Shown piece by piece: positions 17,519 to 26,248 of a stretch of 64,000 nucleotides of DNA (positions are counted from its first letter, which is position 1; each line of letters starts with the position of its first letter). Where the stretch lies: the IMG/VR virus record IMGVR_UViG_3300037634_007228, positions 1 through 64,000 of that record. One strand, written 5' to 3'. The notes beneath the pieces were generated by a model. It did not search any database. It had not been told where the DNA came from and saw only the letters and a program-made list of their open reading frames with translations. The DNA is from a virus (taxonomy: Duplodnaviria; Caudoviricetes). The position numbers and the translations under genes were made by a program.

Positions 17519-18075
17519 TAAGCATTTTTAGGTCTGGTGTCGTTCTTTGGTCGCTTCTTGCCAAATCCACCCTGCTCCAAGAATTTACGATATGCGTCGG
17601 ACATTTCACGTTTATTAACCTCGGCACCACTTGGTGCCAACACATCGGTGAGACCTCCGATTTTATAGGCTCGTTGTGCCGTGGCGATGGTGCGCGTCCG
17701 AGAAATATATGCCACGTTTACTTTAGCTGCGTCGTCTTGCGGAGTCAGGGTAACAGATTTCCCCGTCACCGAACGATAATTCTTTTTAAGTTGTTTAACA
17801 AGATTTTGGATCATGTCGTCCATTTTGTTTTGAAACCCATTAATGCCGTCTGTGTACACATCACGGAGGGGAATCTCAGCCTCGTAACTAACAATAATAG
17901 TATCACCACCGAATCTTATTTTGCCGCCGTCAATATATTTGCGATCCGTCGAAAGCAACTCACCGCGTTTTAAACCCATCTTCAGCGGGTCGCCTTTATC
18001 ATCAACGGCACCGTCGTACATATTACCTGCCGCACTCGATAAACCTCTGATTATTTCCAAGTCTGCATTAGCCAT
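17518..18075 (-). CDS. Hypothetical protein
   Basis: Start moved to ATG 18075 (MANADLEII, SD GGATGGAG); coupled to terL. Confidence 0.75.
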   Translation of the reverse strand: MANADLEIIRGLSSAAGNMYDGAVDDKGDPLKMGLKRGELLSTDRKYIDGGKIRFGGDTIIVSYEAEIPLRDVYTDGINGFQNKMDDMIQNLVKQLKKNYRSVTGKSVTLTPQDDAAKVNVAYISRTRTIATAQRAYKIGGLTDVLAPSGAEVNKREMSDAYRKFLEQGGFGKKRPKNDTRPKNA

Positions 18076-18445
18076 TATTCGGTCTCCATCCTTGTCGCCA
18101 GCGTTCTTCACGACCATCGACATATTTTATGTGGCACCTCTCGCAGCACTCCCATCGCAAAATAAAGATCTCATCGCGGGCGTTGAGATCGTATCTTGTG
18201 CAAATGGGACAAGAAGCATTGCCACTCTTCATAAGTAGTTTTTTGCTTAATAAAACACCATCTTTGTTTATCTTCTCTTGAAAACGTTCTTGAGCAAAGT
18301 GTTTTTCATTTATTTTTTTGAGTTCTCGGAGGTATTCTTTCTCTTTTTCGGGATTCCAATCAGACCGAGGGTTGTGGATTCCCTTCTCTCCGTATTTGTC
18401 GATGATTGCTTTTTCTAACTTGGCGACATAGTTTGGGTCTTTCAT
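18068..18445 (-). CDS. Hypothetical zinc-finger protein
   Basis: Start 18445 (MKDPNY, SD GGAGG); CPIC...CCERC. Confidence 0.72.
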   Translation of the reverse strand: MKDPNYVAKLEKAIIDKYGEKGIHNPRSDWNPEKEKEYLRELKKINEKHFAQERFQEKINKDGVLLSKKLLMKSGNASCPICTRYDLNARDEIFILRWECCERCHIKYVDGREERWRQGWRPNNG

Positions 18446-18891
18446 TTCGCCGCCTCCACGGCTGCGTAAAAAATGCCTAAAGACAAGCCAACACCAGCCA
18501 CAAAGCCACCGGCAAACCACCAATGGTTATAAGCGTTGGGCTTATCAAGCGTTATTTTTTGAAGATGACCGATCTCGTTGTTTTTGATCTTCAAGATGGC
18601 GTCGTACTTCTTTTCGTTAGCTTCCAACGAAGCTTTGACGAGCGAAGTCAACATGTCGCAGCGAGCCTTCTCTTTGGCGGCGTTGTGTTTAAGCTGAAGA
18701 GAGCATTCCAGTTGTCCCTTCTCTTTCGCTGCAAGAAGGACAGCATTCGCTTGGTAGTTGTAAAGGATGCCGTTGAAGGGGGCTTTTTGTCCCTGTTTAA
18801 TTTCTGATACTTTGGGAGTTTCTGCCAGCGACGTGGCTGGGAGCCACACCAAACTAAAAATCAACAACGTCGCGCAAATCTTTTTCATCAT
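18442..18891 (-). CDS. Secreted/membrane protein with signal peptide and C-terminal TM helix (spanin-like candidate)
   Basis: MMKKICATLLIFSLVWLPATSLA signal peptide, coiled-coil with 2 Cys, C-terminal WWFAGGFVAGVGLSLGIFYAA. Confidence 0.6.
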   Translation of the reverse strand: MMKKICATLLIFSLVWLPATSLAETPKVSEIKQGQKAPFNGILYNYQANAVLLAAKEKGQLECSLQLKHNAAKEKARCDMLTSLVKASLEANEKKYDAILKIKNNEIGHLQKITLDKPNAYNHWWFAGGFVAGVGLSLGIFYAAVEAAK

Positions 18892-19303
18892 CTGTTAGTA
18901 CCAATTCAAAACCAAACTCTTCTGCGATCTTTTTGGCTCTGCCCTTGGGATCATTATGTGTCTCTTCGACAATTTTTTTAACCTTTTTCTTTTCCCATTC
19001 GTGAAGTTTGAGGTTTTGCTTTTTATATTCGTCATCAAGCTTCATGACGGTTTTACCGTAGGCTACAACAATCTTGTCTCTTTTGGTCAACTCTTCTTTG
19101 TGTGCCCGGTTGATTGTGTCAAGCTCTTCTTTATGTGCCTGCTTGGACAACTTGAAGGCTTCCTTGATGCTCTCAGTGTTTTTATTTTTTTTAAGGAGAA
19201 CATAGACCACAACGGTGTAAGCAGCCAGAGCAAGATAATGCCAATATTTAATAACTGTTGCCCAAGCTTTCTTAAAAAATGTTTTTACTGCTAACCACGT
19301 CAT
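18854..19303 (-). CDS. N-terminal TM plus coiled-coil protein (i-spanin-like candidate)
   Basis: YWHYLALAAYTVVVYVLL TM segment then charged coiled-coil; overlaps the next gene. Confidence 0.55.
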   Translation of the reverse strand: MTWLAVKTFFKKAWATVIKYWHYLALAAYTVVVYVLLKKNKNTESIKEAFKLSKQAHKEELDTINRAHKEELTKRDKIVVAYGKTVMKLDDEYKKQNLKLHEWEKKKVKKIVEETHNDPKGRAKKIAEEFGFELVLTDDEKDLRDVVDF

Positions 19304-19355
19304 AATGTCTCATTTCATTCGCCAAGTGATAAAAACTTTATCACAACTCATCGGG

Positions 19356-19646
19356 TCAGGTTTCCTTTAGTTCTTTTACAGGAGTGTCGTCCGCAAGCCT
19401 GAACATGCGTAACCAAGCGATGGCTCGTTCCAACTCGCGCACCGCGTGCTCGACTTCAGTCGTCGTAAACTCGACCGCGACGGTTCCCCCCTGCGACCGC
19501 GCATTGAAAAGATTCTTTAAATCAGTTATGTTCCTAATCTCGGCGGGGCTTTCGCCCAAAGCGGCTTCTTGAGTGAGATTGTCCAGCGTTGCTTCATCAA
19601 GATGTTCCTTGATGATCTTTTTAAGTTCTTTGCGTGAAATCTTCAT
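19356..19646 (-). CDS. Hypothetical internal head protein
   Basis: MKISRKELKKIIKEHL N-terminal motif. Confidence 0.68.
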   Translation of the reverse strand: MKISRKELKKIIKEHLDEATLDNLTQEAALGESPAEIRNITDLKNLFNARSQGGTVAVEFTTTEVEHAVRELERAIAWLRMFRLADDTPVKELKET

Positions 19647-20044
19647 TATTTCTTTTTCCTCTTCTTCGCCATTTTGCGAAAGGTTTTAGCAAGATTGTAT
19701 CGCTTGCTACCGGGAGGACAACTTGGACTGCCATATTTGTCTCCGGTACAGACGCCTTCCGTGCCGCGCTTCTCAATGTCTTTTTCGGCGCTTTGAATCC
19801 ACTTTTCTTCTTCGGTCAACATGGTCGTCAACTCTTCTACAATAATCTCTTGTAATCGCTGCCGTGATACTGTCATTTGTTGGTCCTCGTTGGTTGTTTC
19901 CTCTACACTATATAGTTTCCCCATATAGCCAGAGGGATCACTTGTGCAACCAACTTTTTCGTTGGTTCCCTTTTTATAAATAGCGTGAGTGCCCGAAGAT
20001 CCATCTTCTTTCTTGCATTTTTGTTTCTTAGCTTCGTAGGGCAT
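19646..20044 (-). CDS. Hypothetical protein with basic C-terminus
   Basis: Internal VSRQRLQEIIVEEL motif; C-terminal KWIQ...C..C..LAKTFRKMAKKRKKK. Confidence 0.68.
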   Translation of the reverse strand: MPYEAKKQKCKKEDGSSGTHAIYKKGTNEKVGCTSDPSGYMGKLYSVEETTNEDQQMTVSRQRLQEIIVEELTTMLTEEEKWIQSAEKDIEKRGTEGVCTGDKYGSPSCPPGSKRYNLAKTFRKMAKKRKKK

Positions 20045-20346
20045 TATTCTTCCTCGACCGATGTTTGTTTGTCCCGGTTAATCAACCAGTGGGTCGCTTC
20101 GTCTTGCTTGTGAGCGGGACACAACTTCTGCAACTCTTTGTGGTGCCGGTGCTCTAAAACTTTTATTTCTTTGTCTCCAGCTTTTAGCTTCTTCTCAACG
20201 GTCTCGGCAAACGTTTCATCTTCTTTTTTGTAGAGAAAAAACTTATAAAGAAAGTAGCTTGCCATCAACCAAACCCCGGTGCCGTAATAGGTTTTTAACC
20301 AAACCCACGATTTGAGCGTCCAATGTTTTACGAACAACCAAGACAT
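20044..20346 (-). CDS. Membrane protein, apparent paralogue of 18854-19303
   Basis: Start moved to ATG 20346 (SD AAGGAGG); MSWLFVKHWTLKSWVWLKTYY resembles MTWLAVKTFFKKAWATVIKYW. Confidence 0.62.
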   Translation of the reverse strand: MSWLFVKHWTLKSWVWLKTYYGTGVWLMASYFLYKFFLYKKEDETFAETVEKKLKAGDKEIKVLEHRHHKELQKLCPAHKQDEATHWLINRDKQTSVEEE

Positions 20347-20561
20347 CAGCCTCCTTTTTTCAAAAACTGACCCGACTTCCAAGCTGTGGCAATATCTGCC
20401 AAACCCTGTGAACCAATATAAGCCAAAGCAATGGCGACCCACTGTTCGCCATTCAGCTTCTCAGCAAAAAGCAAACCAGTTGTCGTCATCCACACCAGCA
20501 ATTTTCTGGAAAGGTATTTCTCTAAATGTCTATCTACAAATGCTTTCATACGCGCCATCAT
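20346..20561 (-). CDS. Holin-like small membrane protein
   Basis: 71 aa, two TM helices, SRKLLVW and AYIGSQGLADIA, basic C-terminus, double-Met start. Confidence 0.6.
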   Translation of the reverse strand: MMARMKAFVDRHLEKYLSRKLLVWMTTTGLLFAEKLNGEQWVAIALAYIGSQGLADIATAWKSGQFLKKGG

Positions 20562-20568
20562 TTTATCC

Positions 20569-23500
20569 TCATTGATTTATATGGGCGCATCCATCGTACT
20601 TGTCAACTGTAATGACTTTCTGTACCGAATCCTTCAGCCCATCTATGTGAGTAATTAGTAACGTCGTCTTGAAATGCTCTTTGAGAATATCGAGGATACG
20701 AGTGAACCCCTCCATGTTGTTGGCATCCAGTGCGGTGCCCGGTTCATCCAGAATAAAGAGATCGGACTTAGGCATATTGCTCACATTCAAAAGGGCAATC
20801 CGAATAGCCATAGCAGCGAGAGTTTTCTCTGCACCAGAGCCTAACTCCAATGGTCTGGACTCCTGATCTTTGTGCTGTAAGAAGATTTCCAGCTTTCTTC
20901 CGTTGTCCTCAAAATAAACACTGAAGTCCACAACATTAGTCAACACCTCGGCGATGGCTTCGTTGATTACTGGGAGTTTGTTTTTGATGACTTGGAATGC
21001 GATGCCGTTGGGGTGCATACATTTCATGAAAAGCTCATATGCAGAATATTCTTTTCGCGTCTTATCAAGCTCAGACCTTTTATTTTGTATCTCGTCCAAA
21101 CGAGCCTGAAGCGAGCCTTCCTGCTTGTGCAGGACTAAAAGCTGTTCCTGACACTGCTGTCGTTCCAGCTTGGTCGTTTCTATCTGTCTCTCGATAATCT
21201 TCTTCTGCTTACACAAGTCAGCAGCATTGAGGATCGCCTCACGGTTTTCTTCAAAGTAATCCAACTTGTCACGCAGTTTGGAGAGGGCATCACCCACCTG
21301 AACTTTTTGTTGCTCTTCTTTTGCGATTTGTAGACGCAATGCTGAAACAGTGTGTTCGTTCTCCAAAATCTTTGTCTTTAGGGCTTCCATCTTAGCCAAG
21401 GTTTCTTCTGCCGTGTTTTCCTCAATAAACTCAACCAGTGTGGCTTCTTCTGTTTGGTTTTTAGCCAAAGCCAGCTTCGTAGTTGGAATCACCTCTTTTG
21501 CGGAGAAAGCGGACGAAATAAAGGGGCACGAGTCTTTGAACTTATCCCCACAAGGAATCTGGTCCAGAACCTTCACCTCTTTCTGTAGATAAGCTAAATC
21601 GCGGTTGTAGCCTGTGTTTTCAGCCAACACAGAACTTAGCTCGGCTTTTAGTTTTGTGCGCTCTTCTTTTTCTTTGAGAAGCTTCTCTTCATCAAAGGTG
21701 GGCAACAGTTCTTTACCCTTGGTTATAAAATCAAGAGTCTCATCGATCTTCTCCGTGTGCCGCTCAATTAAACGATCCGTTCCCTCCAGAAGCATTTCGA
21801 AGCTAGTAATCTGATCGCCAACTGCTTCAGGATCAATAATGATTGCTGGAACAGATTCTATCTTTACAGACACGTCTGCAAGCCACTCAACCAGAGACTG
21901 TTGTGCTTTCTCATAATCGTGGCACTTTTTGTCTTTTTGTTTAATGTCGGCAATAGCTGTCTCTAGGGCTTTTTTTATTTCTTCTTCGTCCTTGGACAAA
22001 TCAAAACTTTCCAGCTTACGCAAGTAGCCCTTTGTATCACTGCTTTCAGCTTTGGCAAGCTTGAACTTTCTATCGAAGAACTCCAAGTCAAGAAACTTAG
22101 CCAGAATCTCCTTGCGCCGGGTCGATCCTTCGCTGATAAATGATAAGGCTCCCAACTGTGATGACATTGATGTCAATAAAAAATCTTCTAAGGTTCCAAA
22201 CGTATGCCGAATCGCCGAATCAGTTTTATTTCTGTCTGTGGCGTCCAAAACCTCTTTATCACCTGTTGCCACGTCTAGAACCGAAAACTTCACATCGGTG
22301 CGAGCCTCGGTGGTCACTTGGCGATGGAGTTTCTTTTCATATTTTTCACTTGTTCGCTCGACGGTGTAAAGTTTTGTTCCAACTTGAATCTTTACTTTTC
22401 CTCTTCCTTTTTGCTTGCCGTCGTTTACAATATCCACATTTTTGCGAACATTCTTTGACGTAGAGTTGAAAAGAGTATATAATAACGAGTCAACAATGGA
22501 CGACTTGCCTGAGAAATTCTTACCAAAAATGCCAACCAGACCACGAATGTTTTCAAAATTTATCTTGTTGTCAGCACCATAACAGAAAAGATTGTCCCAC
22601 TCCAGTTCTTTGAGAGACCAGTTGACATTGCGAGCCACTTCCTCATCTTCTTCGGCTGTGCGGTTGAACCTTTCATTAAGCGCAAAGATTTCAGTGAGTT
22701 GTTCCTCGGTGGGATTGTAATCCTTGAGATAATCTCGGATAAGTTCTTGTTGTACTTGAACATCTCTAAGATTTTGCTCTGTCACGTCCTCTGTATTGAC
22801 CGAAGATAGTGTCACACCACCCTTGTTCAAGAAGACAAGACTCTCAGGCTTGTAGCGAGTCCTAGCCACGTCTGAAGCCTTTCTAATCGCTTCCATTGGA
22901 AGCTTGTTGTTCGCCACCAAACGAATTCTTGCTCCGAGGGGAACTTGAGTCCTTTTGGGGATCTTTCCTTTCTTTGTAAGCTCGACTGTGATGAACGGCT
23001 TTGGGTTCTTGAAGGTGTGGAGTTCTACATCAAAATCCTCCTTGGAGCGAATGTTCCAAAGAAGGTAACCCTTGTCTTGCCCCTCCGCAAAACCCTGTTG
23101 CACAGTTGAACCACAATACCTCACCTTGCCGTCGTTGTCAAGGGTTTGATTCGATTTATGAATGTCACCCAGCATCGCGAAGTCGAAGCCTTCGAAGATG
23201 GATACGTCGTTTTCGCCGTGTTCCATCACCCAACCAAGAGAGGTCTCACAGCCCGAAATGGACCCGTGGTACAGCGCAATGTTGATTTTATTTAGATCAC
23301 TCGGCTTAAGCCAGTTATCTGTGTCAAACACCGAAAGTACATTGAACGTCACCTTGTCGTTGAACTTGTGTTCTCCTGAGTTCTTCAAAAGAGTGATGTT
23401 CGGGTGGTCCAAGGCGACCACCAATGGTGTAATCGCATCTTGCCTTGACGAGTTGCGAAGATTGCCATCATGGTTACCGGGAATCACAATAAGCGGAGCA

Positions 23501-23709
23501 ATGTCCGCTAGGTTCTTCATAAAATCTGTAGCGAGGTCAAAATACTCTGGCGAGAGGTTGACCTTGGTGTGAGCCAAATCCCCACAGTGTACAATCGCGT
23601 CAGGCTTCTGCTGACGGATTTTATCATACATTTGTGAAAATACCACTCGGTATTCCTTGTGGTACTTTAAGTTTCTAATGTGTGTGTCGCTGATATGAAC
23701 TACTCTCAA
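20569..23709 (-). CDS. Fused Mre11/SbcD nuclease - Rad50/SbcC ATPase (gp47-gp46 fusion)
   Basis: HISDTH, CGDLAH, PGNHD, LGDIH phosphoesterase motifs; GKNFSGKSS Walker A; coiled-coil with CGDKFKDSC hook; LGSGAE signature; FILDE Walker B. Likely TTG start 23709 with SD AGGAG. Confidence 0.92.
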   Translation of the reverse strand: MRVVHISDTHIRNLKYHKEYRVVFSQMYDKIRQQKPDAIVHCGDLAHTKVNLSPEYFDLATDFMKNLADIAPLIVIPGNHDGNLRNSSRQDAITPLVVALDHPNITLLKNSGEHKFNDKVTFNVLSVFDTDNWLKPSDLNKINIALYHGSISGCETSLGWVMEHGENDVSIFEGFDFAMLGDIHKSNQTLDNDGKVRYCGSTVQQGFAEGQDKGYLLWNIRSKEDFDVELHTFKNPKPFITVELTKKGKIPKRTQVPLGARIRLVANNKLPMEAIRKASDVARTRYKPESLVFLNKGGVTLSSVNTEDVTEQNLRDVQVQQELIRDYLKDYNPTEEQLTEIFALNERFNRTAEEDEEVARNVNWSLKELEWDNLFCYGADNKINFENIRGLVGIFGKNFSGKSSIVDSLLYTLFNSTSKNVRKNVDIVNDGKQKGRGKVKIQVGTKLYTVERTSEKYEKKLHRQVTTEARTDVKFSVLDVATGDKEVLDATDRNKTDSAIRHTFGTLEDFLLTSMSSQLGALSFISEGSTRRKEILAKFLDLEFFDRKFKLAKAESSDTKGYLRKLESFDLSKDEEEIKKALETAIADIKQKDKKCHDYEKAQQSLVEWLADVSVKIESVPAIIIDPEAVGDQITSFEMLLEGTDRLIERHTEKIDETLDFITKGKELLPTFDEEKLLKEKEERTKLKAELSSVLAENTGYNRDLAYLQKEVKVLDQIPCGDKFKDSCPFISSAFSAKEVIPTTKLALAKNQTEEATLVEFIEENTAEETLAKMEALKTKILENEHTVSALRLQIAKEEQQKVQVGDALSKLRDKLDYFEENREAILNAADLCKQKKIIERQIETTKLERQQCQEQLLVLHKQEGSLQARLDEIQNKRSELDKTRKEYSAYELFMKCMHPNGIAFQVIKNKLPVINEAIAEVLTNVVDFSVYFEDNGRKLEIFLQHKDQESRPLELGSGAEKTLAAMAIRIALLNVSNMPKSDLFILDEPGTALDANNMEGFTRILDILKEHFKTTLLITHIDGLKDSVQKVITVDKYDGCAHINQ

Positions 23710-23717
23710 ATTATCTC

Positions 23718-24647
23718 CTAAATACAAGCAACCTGCATAGCCAAAAGACTATCAGGGTTGACCCACGTTGCTTGCCGCTTTCTCTCTAAGAACTGCCCCA
23801 TTGTCATTTCGCCAACATCGGCAAAACCTGTGATGTCCACTTTGTAAACATCTACATCATATTGTAACAGTTTTTGCATTATTTTATAAGCCTTTTCGTC
23901 CGCATCTGGATCGAGAGCGAAGTAAACTGCGGTATCATTATCAACGATACTTTGAAAGAGTTTGCTGTTCTCCTTGAGGGTGGAACCCAAAATGGGAACT
24001 GCATTTTCTCCTGCGACGATGGCATCAAAGACACCCTCGACAAGCACGATATGCTGTTTGAAATCAAGGTAAAGCTCGTTGAAAATAATGTCCTTGCTTA
24101 CGTTCGGGTTTTTATATTTTGCCCACGTTCCTTTATAAACGCGGCTTACAAAGAAGTTTGGATCTCCGTTCTTGTTGAAAGATGGAATCACAATCCTGTT
24201 TTTGTATTCTCCTGCTGGACAGTAACCAATCTTCCAAAACAGAATCTCGTCCATTGTGACACCTCGGCTTGCAAGATAATGTCTTGCTGGTAATGATGAC
24301 ATGGGGAGATGTTTGTTTCCAAGGAAAATATATTCTTCGGGAAGGTCTATGACCTGTATATAATCATCTTTTTTGTCCTCGTTGAAAAGCTCATCAAACA
24401 AGGTGAGGTCTACGTCTGTAGACAGTTCAAGCCACGCTTGCTGGTTCGAAAATGAACCAAAACGCCGAATCAAGCGATAAACGCTTCGTCCTGCGTAGTT
24501 ACAGTGCCAACACTGAAACTTGTCCTTGTCAATGTTGACTGATAGTTTGTTTTTGGAATGTTTACAGTTGGGACAATGGAACAAGCGTTCGTTGCCCGTC
24601 TTGCGGAAGTCTCCTAAGACTCTGCGGAGGATTGTTGCTTTTTCCAT
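23718..24647 (-). CDS. DNA primase (zinc finger + TOPRIM)
   Basis: CPNC..CWHC zinc finger, RIVIP, VEGVFD, ALDPDA motifs. Confidence 0.88.
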   Translation of the reverse strand: MEKATILRRVLGDFRKTGNERLFHCPNCKHSKNKLSVNIDKDKFQCWHCNYAGRSVYRLIRRFGSFSNQQAWLELSTDVDLTLFDELFNEDKKDDYIQVIDLPEEYIFLGNKHLPMSSLPARHYLASRGVTMDEILFWKIGYCPAGEYKNRIVIPSFNKNGDPNFFVSRVYKGTWAKYKNPNVSKDIIFNELYLDFKQHIVLVEGVFDAIVAGENAVPILGSTLKENSKLFQSIVDNDTAVYFALDPDADEKAYKIMQKLLQYDVDVYKVDITGFADVGEMTMGQFLERKRQATWVNPDSLLAMQVACI

Positions 24648-25150
24648 CTTGACCACCCCGCTTTAGCGATAATCCAACTGTCAGCGCGGTCATACACTCC
24701 CGGCTTTGGATTACCATGTTTAGTATATTGTACACTAAAAGTAGGGTCGTTGTCAAGAACAAATTGCAAAACAACTGGTTTTGCCTTTTGACCTCTGGGA
24801 ATCTTCAAATTGACTTCCTTACGGGCTTGTCCCGCTGTTAAATACTGTGGCTTAACGCCAATCGTTGCATAAGAAATCCAGCTAACTGCACCATTGAATC
24901 TCTGAAGCGCAGACATCGTTTTAGCCGATGATCCCCCCGAACTAAAAAACATAAAGGGTTGTTCGATGTAAATCTCGGAAATGGCAAACTCTGTACGAAC
25001 ATCCATAAGGGCTGACCGCATTATTTCGCATTTGGTAAAGAAATCTTTGAACTTTCGCAAATCAACAGACGTACAATAGACCACATAACCTTGCCGGTCG
25101 ATAACTGAAATGCCTGTGATTGAGGTAGAAACGTCAAGGGCTAATAACAT
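24614..25150 (-). CDS. RuvC-like Holliday junction resolvase
   Basis: LALDVSTSITG, IYIEQP, YDRADSWIIA acidic catalytic pattern. Confidence 0.8.
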   Translation of the reverse strand: MLLALDVSTSITGISVIDRQGYVVYCTSVDLRKFKDFFTKCEIMRSALMDVRTEFAISEIYIEQPFMFFSSGGSSAKTMSALQRFNGAVSWISYATIGVKPQYLTAGQARKEVNLKIPRGQKAKPVVLQFVLDNDPTFSVQYTKHGNPKPGVYDRADSWIIAKAGWSRWKKQQSSAES

Positions 25151-25190
25151 ATATCTATTATACTACAAATCTAGTCTTATTTTAAAGGTA
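25151..25190 (-). promoter_or_regulatory. Candidate host-sigma promoter for the ruvC-primase-sbcCD island
   Basis: TTTAAA-18 nt-TATAAT-6 nt-ATG (leaderless); an overlapping TAGATTTG also fits the Bacteroidota TAnnTTTG element. Confidence 0.45.
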
Positions 25191-26248
25191 TAGCCCGCAT
25201 CTTCTGTCTTTTTAATTGGTTCCGCTAAATTTGCCACCCCTAAAAGCTTCTGATTTTCATCATAAATTGCAACCTTAGAAATAAATGTAGTCTTTTTAAA
25301 GGGGGCATCAAAATTATTAAATGAAGAAGTTGTTATATTTTTAATGGTAGCGGGAGTGCCAACATATAACAGTGATGACCCTGTTATTGTATTGGGGGTT
25401 GTCCCCGTTAAAATAAAGGTGGGGTTGTTGCTATAATTGTATTTTCCCGGTGATGCGTGTGCAAACATAGTCAGGGTGGGAGTATATGTGGTTCCCTTAA
25501 AAACCATTTCGAACGAACTTTTAACCACACCAGCGCCCGTATCCGCAAAATCTATCCACGAACCCGTATCATACCCGCTTGTGTAGCCATCCGTCACATC
25601 ATCGCCCAGAGCGCCAGTTCCAAAAAGAATAAAAAATCCCTCGTTGTAAAGGGCGATACCGACAACATTACCAGTTGTGGATCCACTTACCTGTATCAAC
25701 TCACCATCTTTATTTTTATCTGTAACTACGCTCACGAGCGATCCGGTATAATAAAAATCTAACCGGATTTGCCCCTTCTGTATGCTAGAGCCGTAAAAAA
25801 CACTCGGAATAGAAATTAATCTTATTTCTTGTCCATCAATATAAGTGTTATAATCAAAATATTTTGACATAGAACCATAATAATCAATAGTGTTTTTCAA
25901 AGCCACCGTATGAGTTAAATCAGTTCCGAACTCCACATCTACTGAAGAAGTGAGAGCCAAATAATTTTTAAATTGATCGCCGGGAAGTGCTGAAGCGTAG
26001 GCTGACACAGATGTGGTCGCCCAAGAAGCAAAATCTGAATCCTTATTCAAAAATTGATAAATGCGTTCATCGCCTGTACGATTGACGCTTAAATCATAAG
26101 CAGACAGCATACCATTGGTAACATTTGTGTTGGAGCTTGATATGTTATTTAAATAAGTTTCACCATCGGCAAACGTGAAGGTTACTTTCGGGTTTGCTTC
26201 AATGGTGTTGAAAAAAATCTCATCTGGGGCAAACTTACTTTGCTTCAT
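25163..26248 (-). CDS. Virion structural (baseplate/tail) protein
   Basis: YNYSNNPTF and ISKVAIYDENQKLLGVANLAEPIKK C-terminus shared with its neighbour. Confidence 0.7.
   Translation of the reverse strand: MKQSKFAPDEIFFNTIEANPKVTFTFADGETYLNNISSSNTNVTNGMLSAYDLSVNRTGDERIYQFLNKDSDFASWATTSVSAYASALPGDQFKNYLALTSSVDVEFGTDLTHTVALKNTIDYYGSMSKYFDYNTYIDGQEIRLISIPSVFYGSSIQKGQIRLDFYYTGSLVSVVTDKNKDGELIQVSGSTTGNVVGIALYNEGFFILFGTGALGDDVTDGYTSGYDTGSWIDFADTGAGVVKSSFEMVFKGTTYTPTLTMFAHASPGKYNYSNNPTFILTGTTPNTITGSSLLYVGTPATIKNITTSSFNNFDAPFKKTTFISKVAIYDENQKLLGVANLAEPIKKTEDAGYTFKIRLDL

Noticed and set aside
18068-20442. Track start positions giving long overlaps (18523, 18123, 20442; also 8129, 12313, 13212, 23727, 61946, 63007)
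   Set aside because: Downstream ATG/TTG codons with clear SDs and minimal overlaps are more plausible; coordinates were adjusted
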